The notes under the pieces: generated by a model
Database searches by the model: none
Seen by the model: only the letters and a program-made list of their open reading frames with translations
Told to the model about the DNA's origin: nothing
Part shown: positions 39,508-48,219 of the stretch, one piece after another
Layout: each line of letters begins with the position of its first letter
Numbering within the stretch: the stretch's first letter is position 1
Made by a program: the position numbers and the translations under genes
From: an uncultured virus (IMG/VR IMGVR_UViG_2867919565_000004)
Lineage: Duplodnaviria; Heunggongvirae; Uroviricota; Caudoviricetes
IMG/VR virus record: IMGVR_UViG_2867919565_000004
Coordinates: 1 to 64,000 of that record
Length of the DNA: 64,000 nucleotides
Reading direction: 5' to 3' (one strand)

Positions 39508-41250
39508 TTAGACTACAATATCTCCTTCTGCTGTCTTCAGCGTTCCACTATCATATGTGTTATGAATTAACGTTGTATTCTTTGCTTTATCTGTGCAATA
39601 AGGGTGAGATAATAACTTGCCTCCAATTCCCCGCACATCGTTTCTTACAAGCCGTACTTTGTCCGTATTCTCCAAATACACTCCATATCCCTGGTCTGTT
39701 GAACGATTAAACATAATCTCATTATCCTTCAGCATGTGTTCTGATCCACCAGTCAGTTGAATAGCGATTAATGCTTTACAGAAATAAATCTGATTCTCAC
39801 TAATTTGACAACTGTACTTCTCAGGAGTACCTTTAATTGCAACGTTTCTAGGCTCATGAATTTCATTTCGTTGCAGCGAGACAGAAGAGTCCTTATCCCA
39901 GAAGATGCCGTATCCACTTCCGCTTAAGAATAGGTCATTCAACTTTAAACGAACTGATTGAGACCTCTCACAATAAATTCCCCCGTGCACATTTGCAAAT
40001 TCATTAATTGCAAAGCTTACACGGTTCGAATCCATGATTTTAATGGCATAAGCAGATGTGGTATTTCCCCCTTTATTATTTGTAACTCTCACATCTTTTG
40101 AGTTTCGCACTTGAACTTGTATACAATCGCTGTTTTCAATATGATTATTCGAAATAAAAACATCTTCTGCTTCATGTGTTGCAATCGGACAAGCCGCGAT
40201 GTTTTCAAGTATATTGTTCGTTACATCAATCCCTTTACCTCTTACACAAATGCCTATTTCAAACCCTCTTACAGTGTTACCGCTGATTTGTACTCTATTT
40301 CCTGACTCCGTGCTTGAAACACCCACCGAGTCAATTCCATATTTCTTGGATTTTCCCTTATTAATAATCTTGTTGTCCTTAACACTGACATCAGTGCTGT
40401 ATCCATAAGAGATAACATTGTCACTAAAGTTTCCTTCTAAGTTTACTTCACCGCTTGTGTGAGCTGTAACGGATCCACGCCCATTATTTTTAAACCTGCA
40501 GTTTCGTACAGTTAATTTGTATGGGTGATCGTATTTAATTCCGTTTTCTCCAAAGCCCTCTAAATCAATTCCTAATTGCGGCCCAATTGTATCTCCTCCA
40601 GCTTCCTCTATATCACAGTCGTCTACAAGAAGACCTTCACAACCATTGGTAGCTAGGTTATTTCTTCTCCCTCTTAAAAGCGTACACTTTCGAACGGTTA
40701 CATTCTTTGAAGGCGTATATGATCCTGAAGTGTTCATCATCCCATCAGCTGCTATCCAAATGTTATCTCCAATACAGTCAGAGACTTGCACATTTTCAAT
40801 TAGCACATTACTGCTGCCATGAATATGAATTCCGTATCCCCATTCATGTGTCCTTTTAATTGAAGTTACTTTTGAATAATCGTGTTCATACCGGTCACCT
40901 ATAATTTGACCACCGCGAATCGTTACATTACTCGCTTGGCCGATATAGAAACAGGAATAGCCTTGAGAATCATTAGGCAACACTTTAAATACAGCCTCTG
41001 GATGAAGTATTAACTCAATATTCGAAGGAATATTAATACCCCCACCGAATTCAGGCAACCGCTTTGTTGTATTCACAGCATTAATCAGATACTTGCCTTT
41101 CGGGATATGTACTCTATAGAATGATTTTGAGCTTGCGTACTCTAAAGCTCGGTTTAATCCTTCTGTTGTTTCTATTGCATTTGACCCTTTATCATCAATT
41201 CCCCAATCCAGAGCATTAACAAAATAGTATAAGGGCTGATGTATACTCAT
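39508..41250 (-). CDS. Right-handed beta-helix (pectate lyase-like) protein, YorA-like
   Basis: Repeated GI.I..S.NV.I.N motifs. Confidence 0.85.
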   Translation of the reverse strand: MSIHQPLYYFVNALDWGIDDKGSNAIETTEGLNRALEYASSKSFYRVHIPKGKYLINAVNTTKRLPEFGGGINIPSNIELILHPEAVFKVLPNDSQGYSCFYIGQASNVTIRGGQIIGDRYEHDYSKVTSIKRTHEWGYGIHIHGSSNVLIENVQVSDCIGDNIWIAADGMMNTSGSYTPSKNVTVRKCTLLRGRRNNLATNGCEGLLVDDCDIEEAGGDTIGPQLGIDLEGFGENGIKYDHPYKLTVRNCRFKNNGRGSVTAHTSGEVNLEGNFSDNVISYGYSTDVSVKDNKIINKGKSKKYGIDSVGVSSTESGNRVQISGNTVRGFEIGICVRGKGIDVTNNILENIAACPIATHEAEDVFISNNHIENSDCIQVQVRNSKDVRVTNNKGGNTTSAYAIKIMDSNRVSFAINEFANVHGGIYCERSQSVRLKLNDLFLSGSGYGIFWDKDSSVSLQRNEIHEPRNVAIKGTPEKYSCQISENQIYFCKALIAIQLTGGSEHMLKDNEIMFNRSTDQGYGVYLENTDKVRLVRNDVRGIGGKLLSHPYCTDKAKNTTLIHNTYDSGTLKTAEGDIVV

Positions 41251-42071
41251 GTTGTCAAAACCTTCCCTTCTACATTTTCATTGAGAAACCGTGATAGGAT
41301 GTCAATGAAGTTGTAAAAGGTTTCATTTCTTGTTCCCGCGCGTCCTTTTAGAGAAAAGGTGTTAAACATTGATTTTCGTAATCCAGTGCTCAATTCAAGC
41401 TGAATGCTCTTTCCTGTTTTATTTTTATTAGCAATGTTATTCGGGTTGCTACCAGATAGCCTTGTTCCTTCATCAAGAAGCTCTGCAGAGTAGCCGGCAT
41501 TATTTAATGTACTTGTTATCGCTTCAGCTTTGTCCCGATCTGTGCCACCAACTAAAACATGTTGATCATTACTTGCGTACCCGTGAAGTGACAGTGTGAA
41601 CTCATGTCCCTTCAACATTTCAAGTGCTTGTGGTTCATCAAAATTCGTACTGGTTAAATGTAAATCAAATGCTCCTGGTGTCTTTAAAGCTTCAAAAAGG
41701 TATGTAGAGTATGTTTCGCTTAATTCCTTTGCAAGCTCACTTGTTCCCCCTTCTATACCACCTCCATGGGGAGCAAGAATTAATAAATCAGTGCCCTGCT
41801 CTTTTGAGAATACACTAAAATTGAACGGTGATTCATTCGCTTTAAGCTCTTCAAAGTTTCGATACTTGTCCGTTGCTAAAATACTCACTGGATTCAGGAA
41901 TGAAACCAGAGCAGTCACCAGGACTGGAAAAGTCTTCTTAACTGTGATACACTTTAATAGCTTCGTAGTGATACGATGCATGCAGAGTTGGGAGCGCCCG
42001 TCATAGCAAACCCTCTCTGCCTCTTCAATCTTTTTTAACATTTCCTCTATTCTGTTTTTAATCCTCAACAA
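41247..42071 (-). CDS. yoqZ: Poly-gamma-glutamate hydrolase
   Basis: APHGGGIEGGTSE, HLTSTNFDEP, SLHG, QLELS. Confidence 0.88.
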   Translation of the reverse strand: MLRIKNRIEEMLKKIEEAERVCYDGRSQLCMHRITTKLLKCITVKKTFPVLVTALVSFLNPVSILATDKYRNFEELKANESPFNFSVFSKEQGTDLLILAPHGGGIEGGTSELAKELSETYSTYLFEALKTPGAFDLHLTSTNFDEPQALEMLKGHEFTLSLHGYASNDQHVLVGGTDRDKAEAITSTLNNAGYSAELLDEGTRLSGSNPNNIANKNKTGKSIQLELSTGLRKSMFNTFSLKGRAGTRNETFYNFIDILSRFLNENVEGKVLTT

Positions 42072-42361
42072 TTAATAACCACTCCTTTTTATTTTTGTTT
42101 TATTCTTAAAACTCAAATCACATAGGTAACTCACATTGTTATCACCCCCTTAAATAAAAAATTGATTTTATTTAGACATACAAGTTAAATCCAAGACACA
42201 ATACTACCGCATTCTAAATGCACGTGTTCCCAATCTCCTTCCCAAGGCCCTTCTACCACGTCAACCTCATAATCAACTTCATCTTTTTCGATTACTTTTT
42301 CACATTCGTTGCAGAAGCAGGTAAACATTTTCACTCCTCCTCTTTCTGTAAAATATCGTTT

Positions 42362-42634
42362 TTATTCAGTTTCTTTTCTTACCCATTTTCTAACCTTAAC
42401 TTCCTTAAGCTCAACTTCAAAACACTCAACCTGGTCATCGTATTCCCATGGTCTCTCCTCTTGTAACTCTGTAGCGCCTTCCCTGTAAGTTGTCTCATAA
42501 AACTTGTCTTGATATGCAAACACAATACGATAATGAATACTCCACCTAGACGTATCAGTGATTTCTTCTAAAATTGAGGATTCAGGCAGCCCCAATTCAT
42601 TTACCATGTAATCTTTGTCCAATTTAATTTTCAT
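42362..42634 (-). CDS. Hypothetical protein
   Basis: ORF track, RBS. Confidence 0.65.
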   Translation of the reverse strand: MKIKLDKDYMVNELGLPESSILEEITDTSRWSIHYRIVFAYQDKFYETTYREGATELQEERPWEYDDQVECFEVELKEVKVRKWVRKETE

Positions 42635-43514
42635 TCAAAATAACCCCTCTTCCTTTGCAGCATTCACATTCGACTAAGGGCTCGTTGATTTTAGTCATCA
42701 GATCATCTAAAAATTTCTTAATATTACTCTTTAAATCTTCAACGTCCTTACCACTAAAAGGCTCTACAATTGGATAGCTCTGATAGGCTTTGGGTGCAAC
42801 ATTGTAAATTTCAACCTCCCGCTTGGTTTGAAATCTTTTCTCAAGTTTAGGCTTTCTACGTTTGTACATTGCATTTAGATCAACTACGTACTCTTGAGGT
42901 TTGTAAAGCTCCAAAACTTTGACCACAGTTAAACAGAAATCATAATCACTCGTTATTCTTGCAAACTTAGGGTTTATATTGGCTTTTATATGGTTTCTGA
43001 TAATCTTATAGCTTTCTTCTCGGGACAAGTAACACGGCTTTGTTTCAAGAAGCATTGGATGAGTTTGAATTCTATCCAGTAAGTTATAATTCAAGTTAAA
43101 ATTATGGCTTTGCAACTTAAGTTCTCCGTCAATTTCTTCAATTACATTCATTTCAAACTCAATTTTTTGATTCTGTTGCGGGACTTCTTCAAATTTTAAA
43201 TCATATAGACCCTTCACTTCATAGTATTCACTGTCTTCACCTATGTAAGAAGTTTTAATTACTTGTGGCGTCAAATCAGTTTCCTGGAACCCCTCTTTTA
43301 ATTCATACCTATGATTGATTTTTTTAGCAGGCATTTGCTTTTCAATAACACTTGGCTCCTTATCAAGCTTAAACCAGTCTGATTTATACGTTTCAGTTGC
43401 TCGTTTCCCATCGAAAAACAATTCATCTAATTGACTATGAAAATATTTCTTTCCTTCAATATTGTCAGACACCAAAAAACAGTTACTTGTTTTAATACCA
43501 ATTAGCTTCATCAA
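42624..43514 (-). CDS. Phage protein with C-terminal CxxCxGxG
   Basis: ARITSDYDFC; CECCKGRG. Confidence 0.7.
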   Translation of the reverse strand: MMKLIGIKTSNCFLVSDNIEGKKYFHSQLDELFFDGKRATETYKSDWFKLDKEPSVIEKQMPAKKINHRYELKEGFQETDLTPQVIKTSYIGEDSEYYEVKGLYDLKFEEVPQQNQKIEFEMNVIEEIDGELKLQSHNFNLNYNLLDRIQTHPMLLETKPCYLSREESYKIIRNHIKANINPKFARITSDYDFCLTVVKVLELYKPQEYVVDLNAMYKRRKPKLEKRFQTKREVEIYNVAPKAYQSYPIVEPFSGKDVEDLKSNIKKFLDDLMTKINEPLVECECCKGRGVILNEN

Positions 43515-43588
43515 ATTTCCCCTTTTTAATTTTATTTTTAACCTTATAAAATCTCTGTTTCACCTTCATTAAAGCTATCTGTCTTCAA

Positions 43589-43813
43589 TCACCTCAATAC
43601 ACTTATTTTATTTTTATTAAATAAATCAATTATGTAAGCCTCGTACATCTCATCCCAATAGGGATCTGTTCTAGCTATGTATTTCGTTTCCTTCCCATTT
43701 TCCTCAATCTTAAAAGTTTGCCCCTTTTTAATATCAGTGAACTTCTTCTTTGTCCATATCCCTCTGATCAACACTTCAACTTCTTTAACCTCAACTGTTT
43801 GCTGCTGCATCAC
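43589..43813 (-). CDS. YoqX-like hypothetical protein
   Basis: AAGGAGG RBS; position. Confidence 0.65.
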   Translation of the reverse strand: MMQQQTVEVKEVEVLIRGIWTKKKFTDIKKGQTFKIEENGKETKYIARTDPYWDEMYEAYIIDLFNKNKISVLR

Positions 43814-43880
43814 ATTCCTCCTTTTTGATTTTCATGCATGAAGCCTGTACAATATTCAAAAACCCTAAAGGATGATGAAC

Positions 43881-44555
43881 ATGTGTGGCAGGTTCACTTT
43901 ATTTTCTGAGTTTGACGACATCATCGAACAGTTCAATATAGACCAATTTTTGTCTGAAGACGAATACAACCCAAGCTATAATGTTGCTCCATCACAAAAC
44001 ATCCTGGCAATCATTAATGATGGATCAAATAACCGTCTGGGTAAGCTAAGATGGGGTCTTATCCCTCCTTGGGCTAAAGATGAAAAGATTGGCTATAAAA
44101 TGATTAATGCTCGTGCTGAAACATTGGCCGAGAAACCCAGCTTTCGAAAGCCACTCGTAAGCAAACGTTGTATCATCCCAGCTGACAGTTTTTATGAATG
44201 GAAGCGTCTTGATCCAAAGACTAAGATTCCTATGCGTATTAAGCTTAAATCATCCAATCTCTTTGCTTTTGCCGGCTTATATGAAAAGTGGAATACACCT
44301 CAAGGTAATCCGCTATACACTTGCACAATCATTACTACAAAACCTAATGAACTTATGAAGGACATACATGATCGAATGCCAGTTATCCTTACAGATGAGA
44401 ATGAAAAGGAATGGCTAAATCCTAAAAACACTGACCCTGATTATCTTCAAAGCTTACTGTTGCCGTATAACTCTGATGACATGGAAGCTTATCAAGTTTC
44501 ATCCTTAGTTAACTCACCTAAAAACAACTCACCGGAGCTCATTGAATCCCATTAA
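43881..44555 (+). CDS. yoqW: SRAP/HMCES abasic-site protein
   Basis: MCGRF, INARAE, FYEW, IHDRMP. Confidence 0.92.
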   Translation: MCGRFTLFSEFDDIIEQFNIDQFLSEDEYNPSYNVAPSQNILAIINDGSNNRLGKLRWGLIPPWAKDEKIGYKMINARAETLAEKPSFRKPLVSKRCIIPADSFYEWKRLDPKTKIPMRIKLKSSNLFAFAGLYEKWNTPQGNPLYTCTIITTKPNELMKDIHDRMPVILTDENEKEWLNPKNTDPDYLQSLLLPYNSDDMEAYQVSSLVNSPKNNSPELIESH

Positions 44556-44623
44556 GTACCACAGTCATTTTGCTTTATATATCACCTTCGCTTAGCTATT
44601 ATTTCTAAGTAGGAGGTGATATT

Positions 44624-45436
44624 TTGTTTGTATCGCCAATGTTATTGCATTCAATCAAAGAACCATTTGATGACGATAGTTATATTACCGAGCTGAAATT
44701 TGATGGAATAAGACTCATCCTCTCCAAGTTTAATGATCAGATAAAGCTTTACACTCGTCACAACAATGAAGTAACAAGCAAGTTTCCAGAACTGTTGGAT
44801 CTCGATATACCCAATGGAACTGTTTTAGACGGTGAAATCATTGTTGCTGCCCCAGGTGGTACTCCTGATTTCGAGGCTGTAATGGAACGCTTTATGTCTA
44901 AGAAATCAGCCCATAAGGTGGTTTACTGTGTATTCGATGTAGTTTATATTGATGGACATTCAATCGCTACTAAGCCACTCACTGAACGTAAGATTATGCT
45001 TTCAGACCTAAACCTTGACCACGATAATGTGTTTGTTATTGAAGGCCTGCAAGGAAACGGATTAGCTTATTTTAATCTGGCCAAAGAAAAGCATCTTGAA
45101 GGAATCGTACTAAAGAAAGCTAACTCTCCTTATGAAATCAATAAACGTTCCCATAGCTGGCTAAAAGTGATTAACTATGATTACACAGATGTCCTTATCA
45201 CTGGCTACACCAAAGAGGATATAAAATTTCTTCTGTCTTATCCTGATGGTACGGCAGCTGGATTTATGGAATTCATGCCGAACGCAGAACGAAGTAAGTT
45301 CCACTCTATGAAACATGTAAAGTCTGAATCTGATGAATATGTATTTATAGAACCGATCTTATGTAAGGTTAAGCACAGATTTAAGACTAAGCATGGTAAA
45401 CTACGCATACCTTCCTTTGAATCCTGGAGAGTCTAA
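44624..45436 (+). CDS. ligB: ATP-dependent DNA ligase
   Basis: ELKFDGIR, LDGE, VFD, EGIVLK, WLKV. Confidence 0.92.
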   Translation: MFVSPMLLHSIKEPFDDDSYITELKFDGIRLILSKFNDQIKLYTRHNNEVTSKFPELLDLDIPNGTVLDGEIIVAAPGGTPDFEAVMERFMSKKSAHKVVYCVFDVVYIDGHSIATKPLTERKIMLSDLNLDHDNVFVIEGLQGNGLAYFNLAKEKHLEGIVLKKANSPYEINKRSHSWLKVINYDYTDVLITGYTKEDIKFLLSYPDGTAAGFMEFMPNAERSKFHSMKHVKSESDEYVFIEPILCKVKHRFKTKHGKLRIPSFESWRV

Positions 45437-45510
45437 TCTCTCCGTTACATAATTCCTTAGTGCAAAGTTAATTAATTTTGATGAAAATTTAGTACATGCA
45501 TCAATTAGTT

Positions 45511-45918
45511 TTAACTTGCCCATTCATCAAAACTATAAGGGTAATCAACACTTTCAATGAAACCGATCTCCTTCGCCTTCTGACGGATTTTCATACATCC
45601 TTCATAGCTGTAAGCCCATATTTCTTTATAATCCCTCAGCTCACCGTATTTCCCTGTTATGATGAATTTTCTGAAGCTGTTGACTAGTTGCCACATATTG
45701 CCCCCATGCGAAAAGCCGTTTGGACTCCCGTATCCCATTTCATACGGGTAAACGTCAGCGCCCGTGTAATCATCAACGAAGAACAGTTTTTTCTTAAACC
45801 TGAAATACGCTATACGACCCTTTGACTTGCGGTAGAATGTACGATGATCAATGCTTGCGATAAGCTTGATCAAATCGTTTATGTCGTTCATTCGTTTCAA
45901 TTGCTCTGCTGATGCCAT
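45511..45918 (-). CDS. Hypothetical protein
   Basis: GFSHGG motif; AAGGG RBS. Confidence 0.65.
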   Translation of the reverse strand: MASAEQLKRMNDINDLIKLIASIDHRTFYRKSKGRIAYFRFKKKLFFVDDYTGADVYPYEMGYGSPNGFSHGGNMWQLVNSFRKFIITGKYGELRDYKEIWAYSYEGCMKIRQKAKEIGFIESVDYPYSFDEWAS

Positions 45919-46015
45919 CTGCGCACCCTTCCCTTCTATAAATAACTATTTTATTTTTATTCTTTAATAATCACCAAATATCATAGCCCACAAAATCATT
46001 TAGAATATTCGTCAT

Positions 46016-46225
46016 TTATTCTCCTCCTCCATTTCCATATCCGCTATGGGAACTACTTCCGAATAACCCGAGGGAAACGACTAATGCTGTTATAAACGAC
46101 GACAGTATAAGGGGAATCAAAAATACTGCCAAGCCGGTATAGTTACCCGACTCAAATGTAATAAGCTGTGTGATCGAATATGCGAAAAAGAAAACATATG
46201 CCCCGTACGTAATCCAAAACCGCAA
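46016..46225 (-). CDS. Small membrane protein
   Basis: Two hydrophobic segments. Confidence 0.6.
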   Translation of the reverse strand: MRFWITYGAYVFFFAYSITQLITFESGNYTGLAVFLIPLILSSFITALVVSLGLFGSSSHSGYGNGGGE

Positions 46226-46447
46226 TTATTCACCCTCCAATCGTTTTAATGCTTCATTGTTTTCGTATATAGTTTCGTTAATCAATACTCTACGAGCTTT
46301 CTCTTTCGTAGTAATCCGGAATGAACAATCGTCTCTTCCGTACATCTCGTAGTTAACAACGTAATCTCGAAATAGCTCGTTCATATACTCGACGTCACCA
46401 CATCCGTATAGCTTACCGTTTAGAAAGCATGCATATATTTGTGCCAT
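46226..46447 (-). CDS. Hypothetical protein
   Basis: GGGAGG RBS. Confidence 0.65.
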   Translation of the reverse strand: MAQIYACFLNGKLYGCGDVEYMNELFRDYVVNYEMYGRDDCSFRITTKEKARRVLINETIYENNEALKRLEGE

Positions 46448-46563
46448 CTAATCGTCTTCCTCCCATGAATCTAATTAAAATCACGATTTTAATTTAACTT
46501 TAATGTGTATCATCTTGAGAAAATCCCCTCTAATTGGTAAACTCATACCTAACTTAAATACGA

Positions 46564-46950
46564 GTGGGTGATCCCTTGAATAAAACAATCGGTATTACTG
46601 GATTAATCATCAGCATTGTAGTGCAATCATTTTCGGCCGATGATTCGCTATTCCACAAGATTGCTACGGGTTTGTTATTTGTATCAATAATGATTTATAA
46701 TTTTGAACATGCTAAAGATTATTCTAAAAAGTCACTTGTAATCTTAGGAGTTTCCTTTATAGTTTTTATGCTAGGAATTTATAAACTCCTCTCTTTTACC
46801 AGCGATTGCTTTGAAAAGCTTAATGTGAATTTTGGATACATCCTCTTATTTGAAATAGCCTTGATTATTGCATTAGTGTCGATTGCAGTAAACGTAATGA
46901 AGTACATTGCGAACCGGTTAAGGAAAACACCTGATGGTAAAGAGCTTTGA
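46564..46950 (+). CDS. YoqO-like membrane protein
   Basis: Four hydrophobic helices; position. Confidence 0.65.
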   Translation: MGDPLNKTIGITGLIISIVVQSFSADDSLFHKIATGLLFVSIMIYNFEHAKDYSKKSLVILGVSFIVFMLGIYKLLSFTSDCFEKLNVNFGYILLFEIALIIALVSIAVNVMKYIANRLRKTPDGKEL

Positions 46951-46963
46951 CTCTTTGCCTTTT

Positions 46964-47194
46964 TTAAGCTAAATACTTCTTCTTATGTGGTCTTCTATGT
47001 ACAAAATCAAAAGCAATATCAACTTTTACCGGTTGCTTCTCCTCTGCTGCTCGTTTCGTAACAACAATCAGTTGTCCATTTTCCTGGCGTTCAATGCTAT
47101 GGACTGAATATCCCTTGCCAGCGTAATATTCACCAATAATCTCATCAACGTGGTTGCTAAGCAGATTCCTCTTTATCACTCGAATAACCTCCAC
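46964..47194 (-). CDS. Hypothetical protein
   Basis: ORF track; start uncertain. Confidence 0.6.
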   Translation of the reverse strand: MEVIRVIKRNLLSNHVDEIIGEYYAGKGYSVHSIERQENGQLIVVTKRAAEEKQPVKVDIAFDFVHRRPHKKKYLA

Positions 47195-47333
47195 TTATTT
47201 TATTTTTACCCTTTAAATATTTATATGTATTCCATCCGCAGCCGTCAAATACGCTTATGTCCGCTCCAAGATGCCATCTAAACCAAACTAAGTTAAACCA
47301 GGCTGTATCAATTATGTGCTTTAAATAACCTAT
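47157..47333 (-). CDS. Hypothetical protein, ATA start, 58 aa
   Basis: AAGGAGG-7nt-ATA; (M)GYLKHIIDTAWFNLVWFRW... Confidence 0.55.
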   Translation of the reverse strand: MGYLKHIIDTAWFNLVWFRWHLGADISVFDGCGWNTYKYLKGKNKISGGYSSDKEESA

Positions 47334-47364
47334 GTGCCTTCCTCCTTACAATGAAATAATCCTT

Positions 47365-47556
47365 TTATTGTGATTTATTTTCCAACGCTTTTAATTCTTC
47401 TTCATACAAAGGTAGAATAGCCTTTTCGGCTTCGCCCCTAGACACACCATGCTGCTCCATATATGTAACAATATCCATTCCAATGTTATTTCCTAGCTCG
47501 GTTTCCCAAACTATGTGATCAGCCATAGCAAGATTTCCATCCATTAAGTAGTTCAT
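47365..47556 (-). CDS. Hypothetical protein
   Basis: MNYLMDG after GAAAGGGG; bracketed by palindrome sites 47352 and 47569. Confidence 0.55.
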   Translation of the reverse strand: MNYLMDGNLAMADHIVWETELGNNIGMDIVTYMEQHGVSRGEAEKAILPLYEEELKALENKSQ

Positions 47557-47581
47557 CCCCTTTCTATATAAAACAGTCTTT

Positions 47582-47830
47582 TTATTTAGATTTAATTTCA
47601 ACAATTAGACTGTCTGGATAGTTCTTCAAATCAAGTGCGTTCACATGGCAGTGTCCTACATGGCCTTCTTTATCAATATAAGTATAGAAAAACTTTTCCC
47701 CATTATTGATGATAACTTCACCATGGTGTGTATACTCCATCTCTGACCCCTTATACCAAATCACTTTAACTCCAGTTCCTGGTTTGATTTTATCCAGGTC
47801 AAATACGGTTACTTCTTTTAGCAAGTTCAT
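47582..47830 (-). CDS. Hypothetical protein
   Basis: GGAGG RBS. Confidence 0.65.
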   Translation of the reverse strand: MNLLKEVTVFDLDKIKPGTGVKVIWYKGSEMEYTHHGEVIINNGEKFFYTYIDKEGHVGHCHVNALDLKNYPDSLIVEIKSK

Positions 47831-47857
47831 TTTTAATCCTCCGATTCATTGCTTATT

Positions 47858-48022
47858 TTACAAAATGGCTTTACACAACTCATTTATATCTGTTGAAATC
47901 TGATCAATTTCAAACAACCTATCCTTTAAAATTTCTTCACCGGCTGCTGCATTAAAGCTTGCCAATCGTTCAAGTTGCTTTGAATAGTGCTTAATCTTTT
48001 TAATGCTTAATTCTAAATCCAA
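47858..48022 (-). CDS. Hypothetical protein
   Basis: AAAGAGGG RBS, TTG start (MDLELSIKK). Confidence 0.5.
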   Translation of the reverse strand: MDLELSIKKIKHYSKQLERLASFNAAAGEEILKDRLFEIDQISTDINELCKAIL

Positions 48023-48173
48023 GGAACCCTCTTTTAAGTTCAACCTCACCCATGTACTCCATTGTTGAACGAGTTCCGCATATTCCACAAAACGCTCTCT
48101 GTCTCTTATAATATTTATCAATAATAGTGGTATGGCCGCAACCAGTTCTGCAAATGTACTTGTAATGTGTCAA
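48000..48173 (-). CDS. Zn-ribbon protein, 57 aa
   Basis: MTHYKYICRTGCGH...FCGICG; AAAGGA RBS. Confidence 0.6.
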   Translation of the reverse strand: MTHYKYICRTGCGHTTIIDKYYKRQRAFCGICGTRSTMEYMGEVELKRGFLGFRIKH

Positions 48174-48219
48174 AAATCTCTTCCTTTCTATTCCAATGAA
48201 ATTTTACTTTTAATCTAAT

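Noticed and set aside
47858..48121. Tracked 87-aa ORF start at 48121
   Set aside because: No RBS; better explained by a Zn-ribbon ORF 48000-48173 plus a start at 48022
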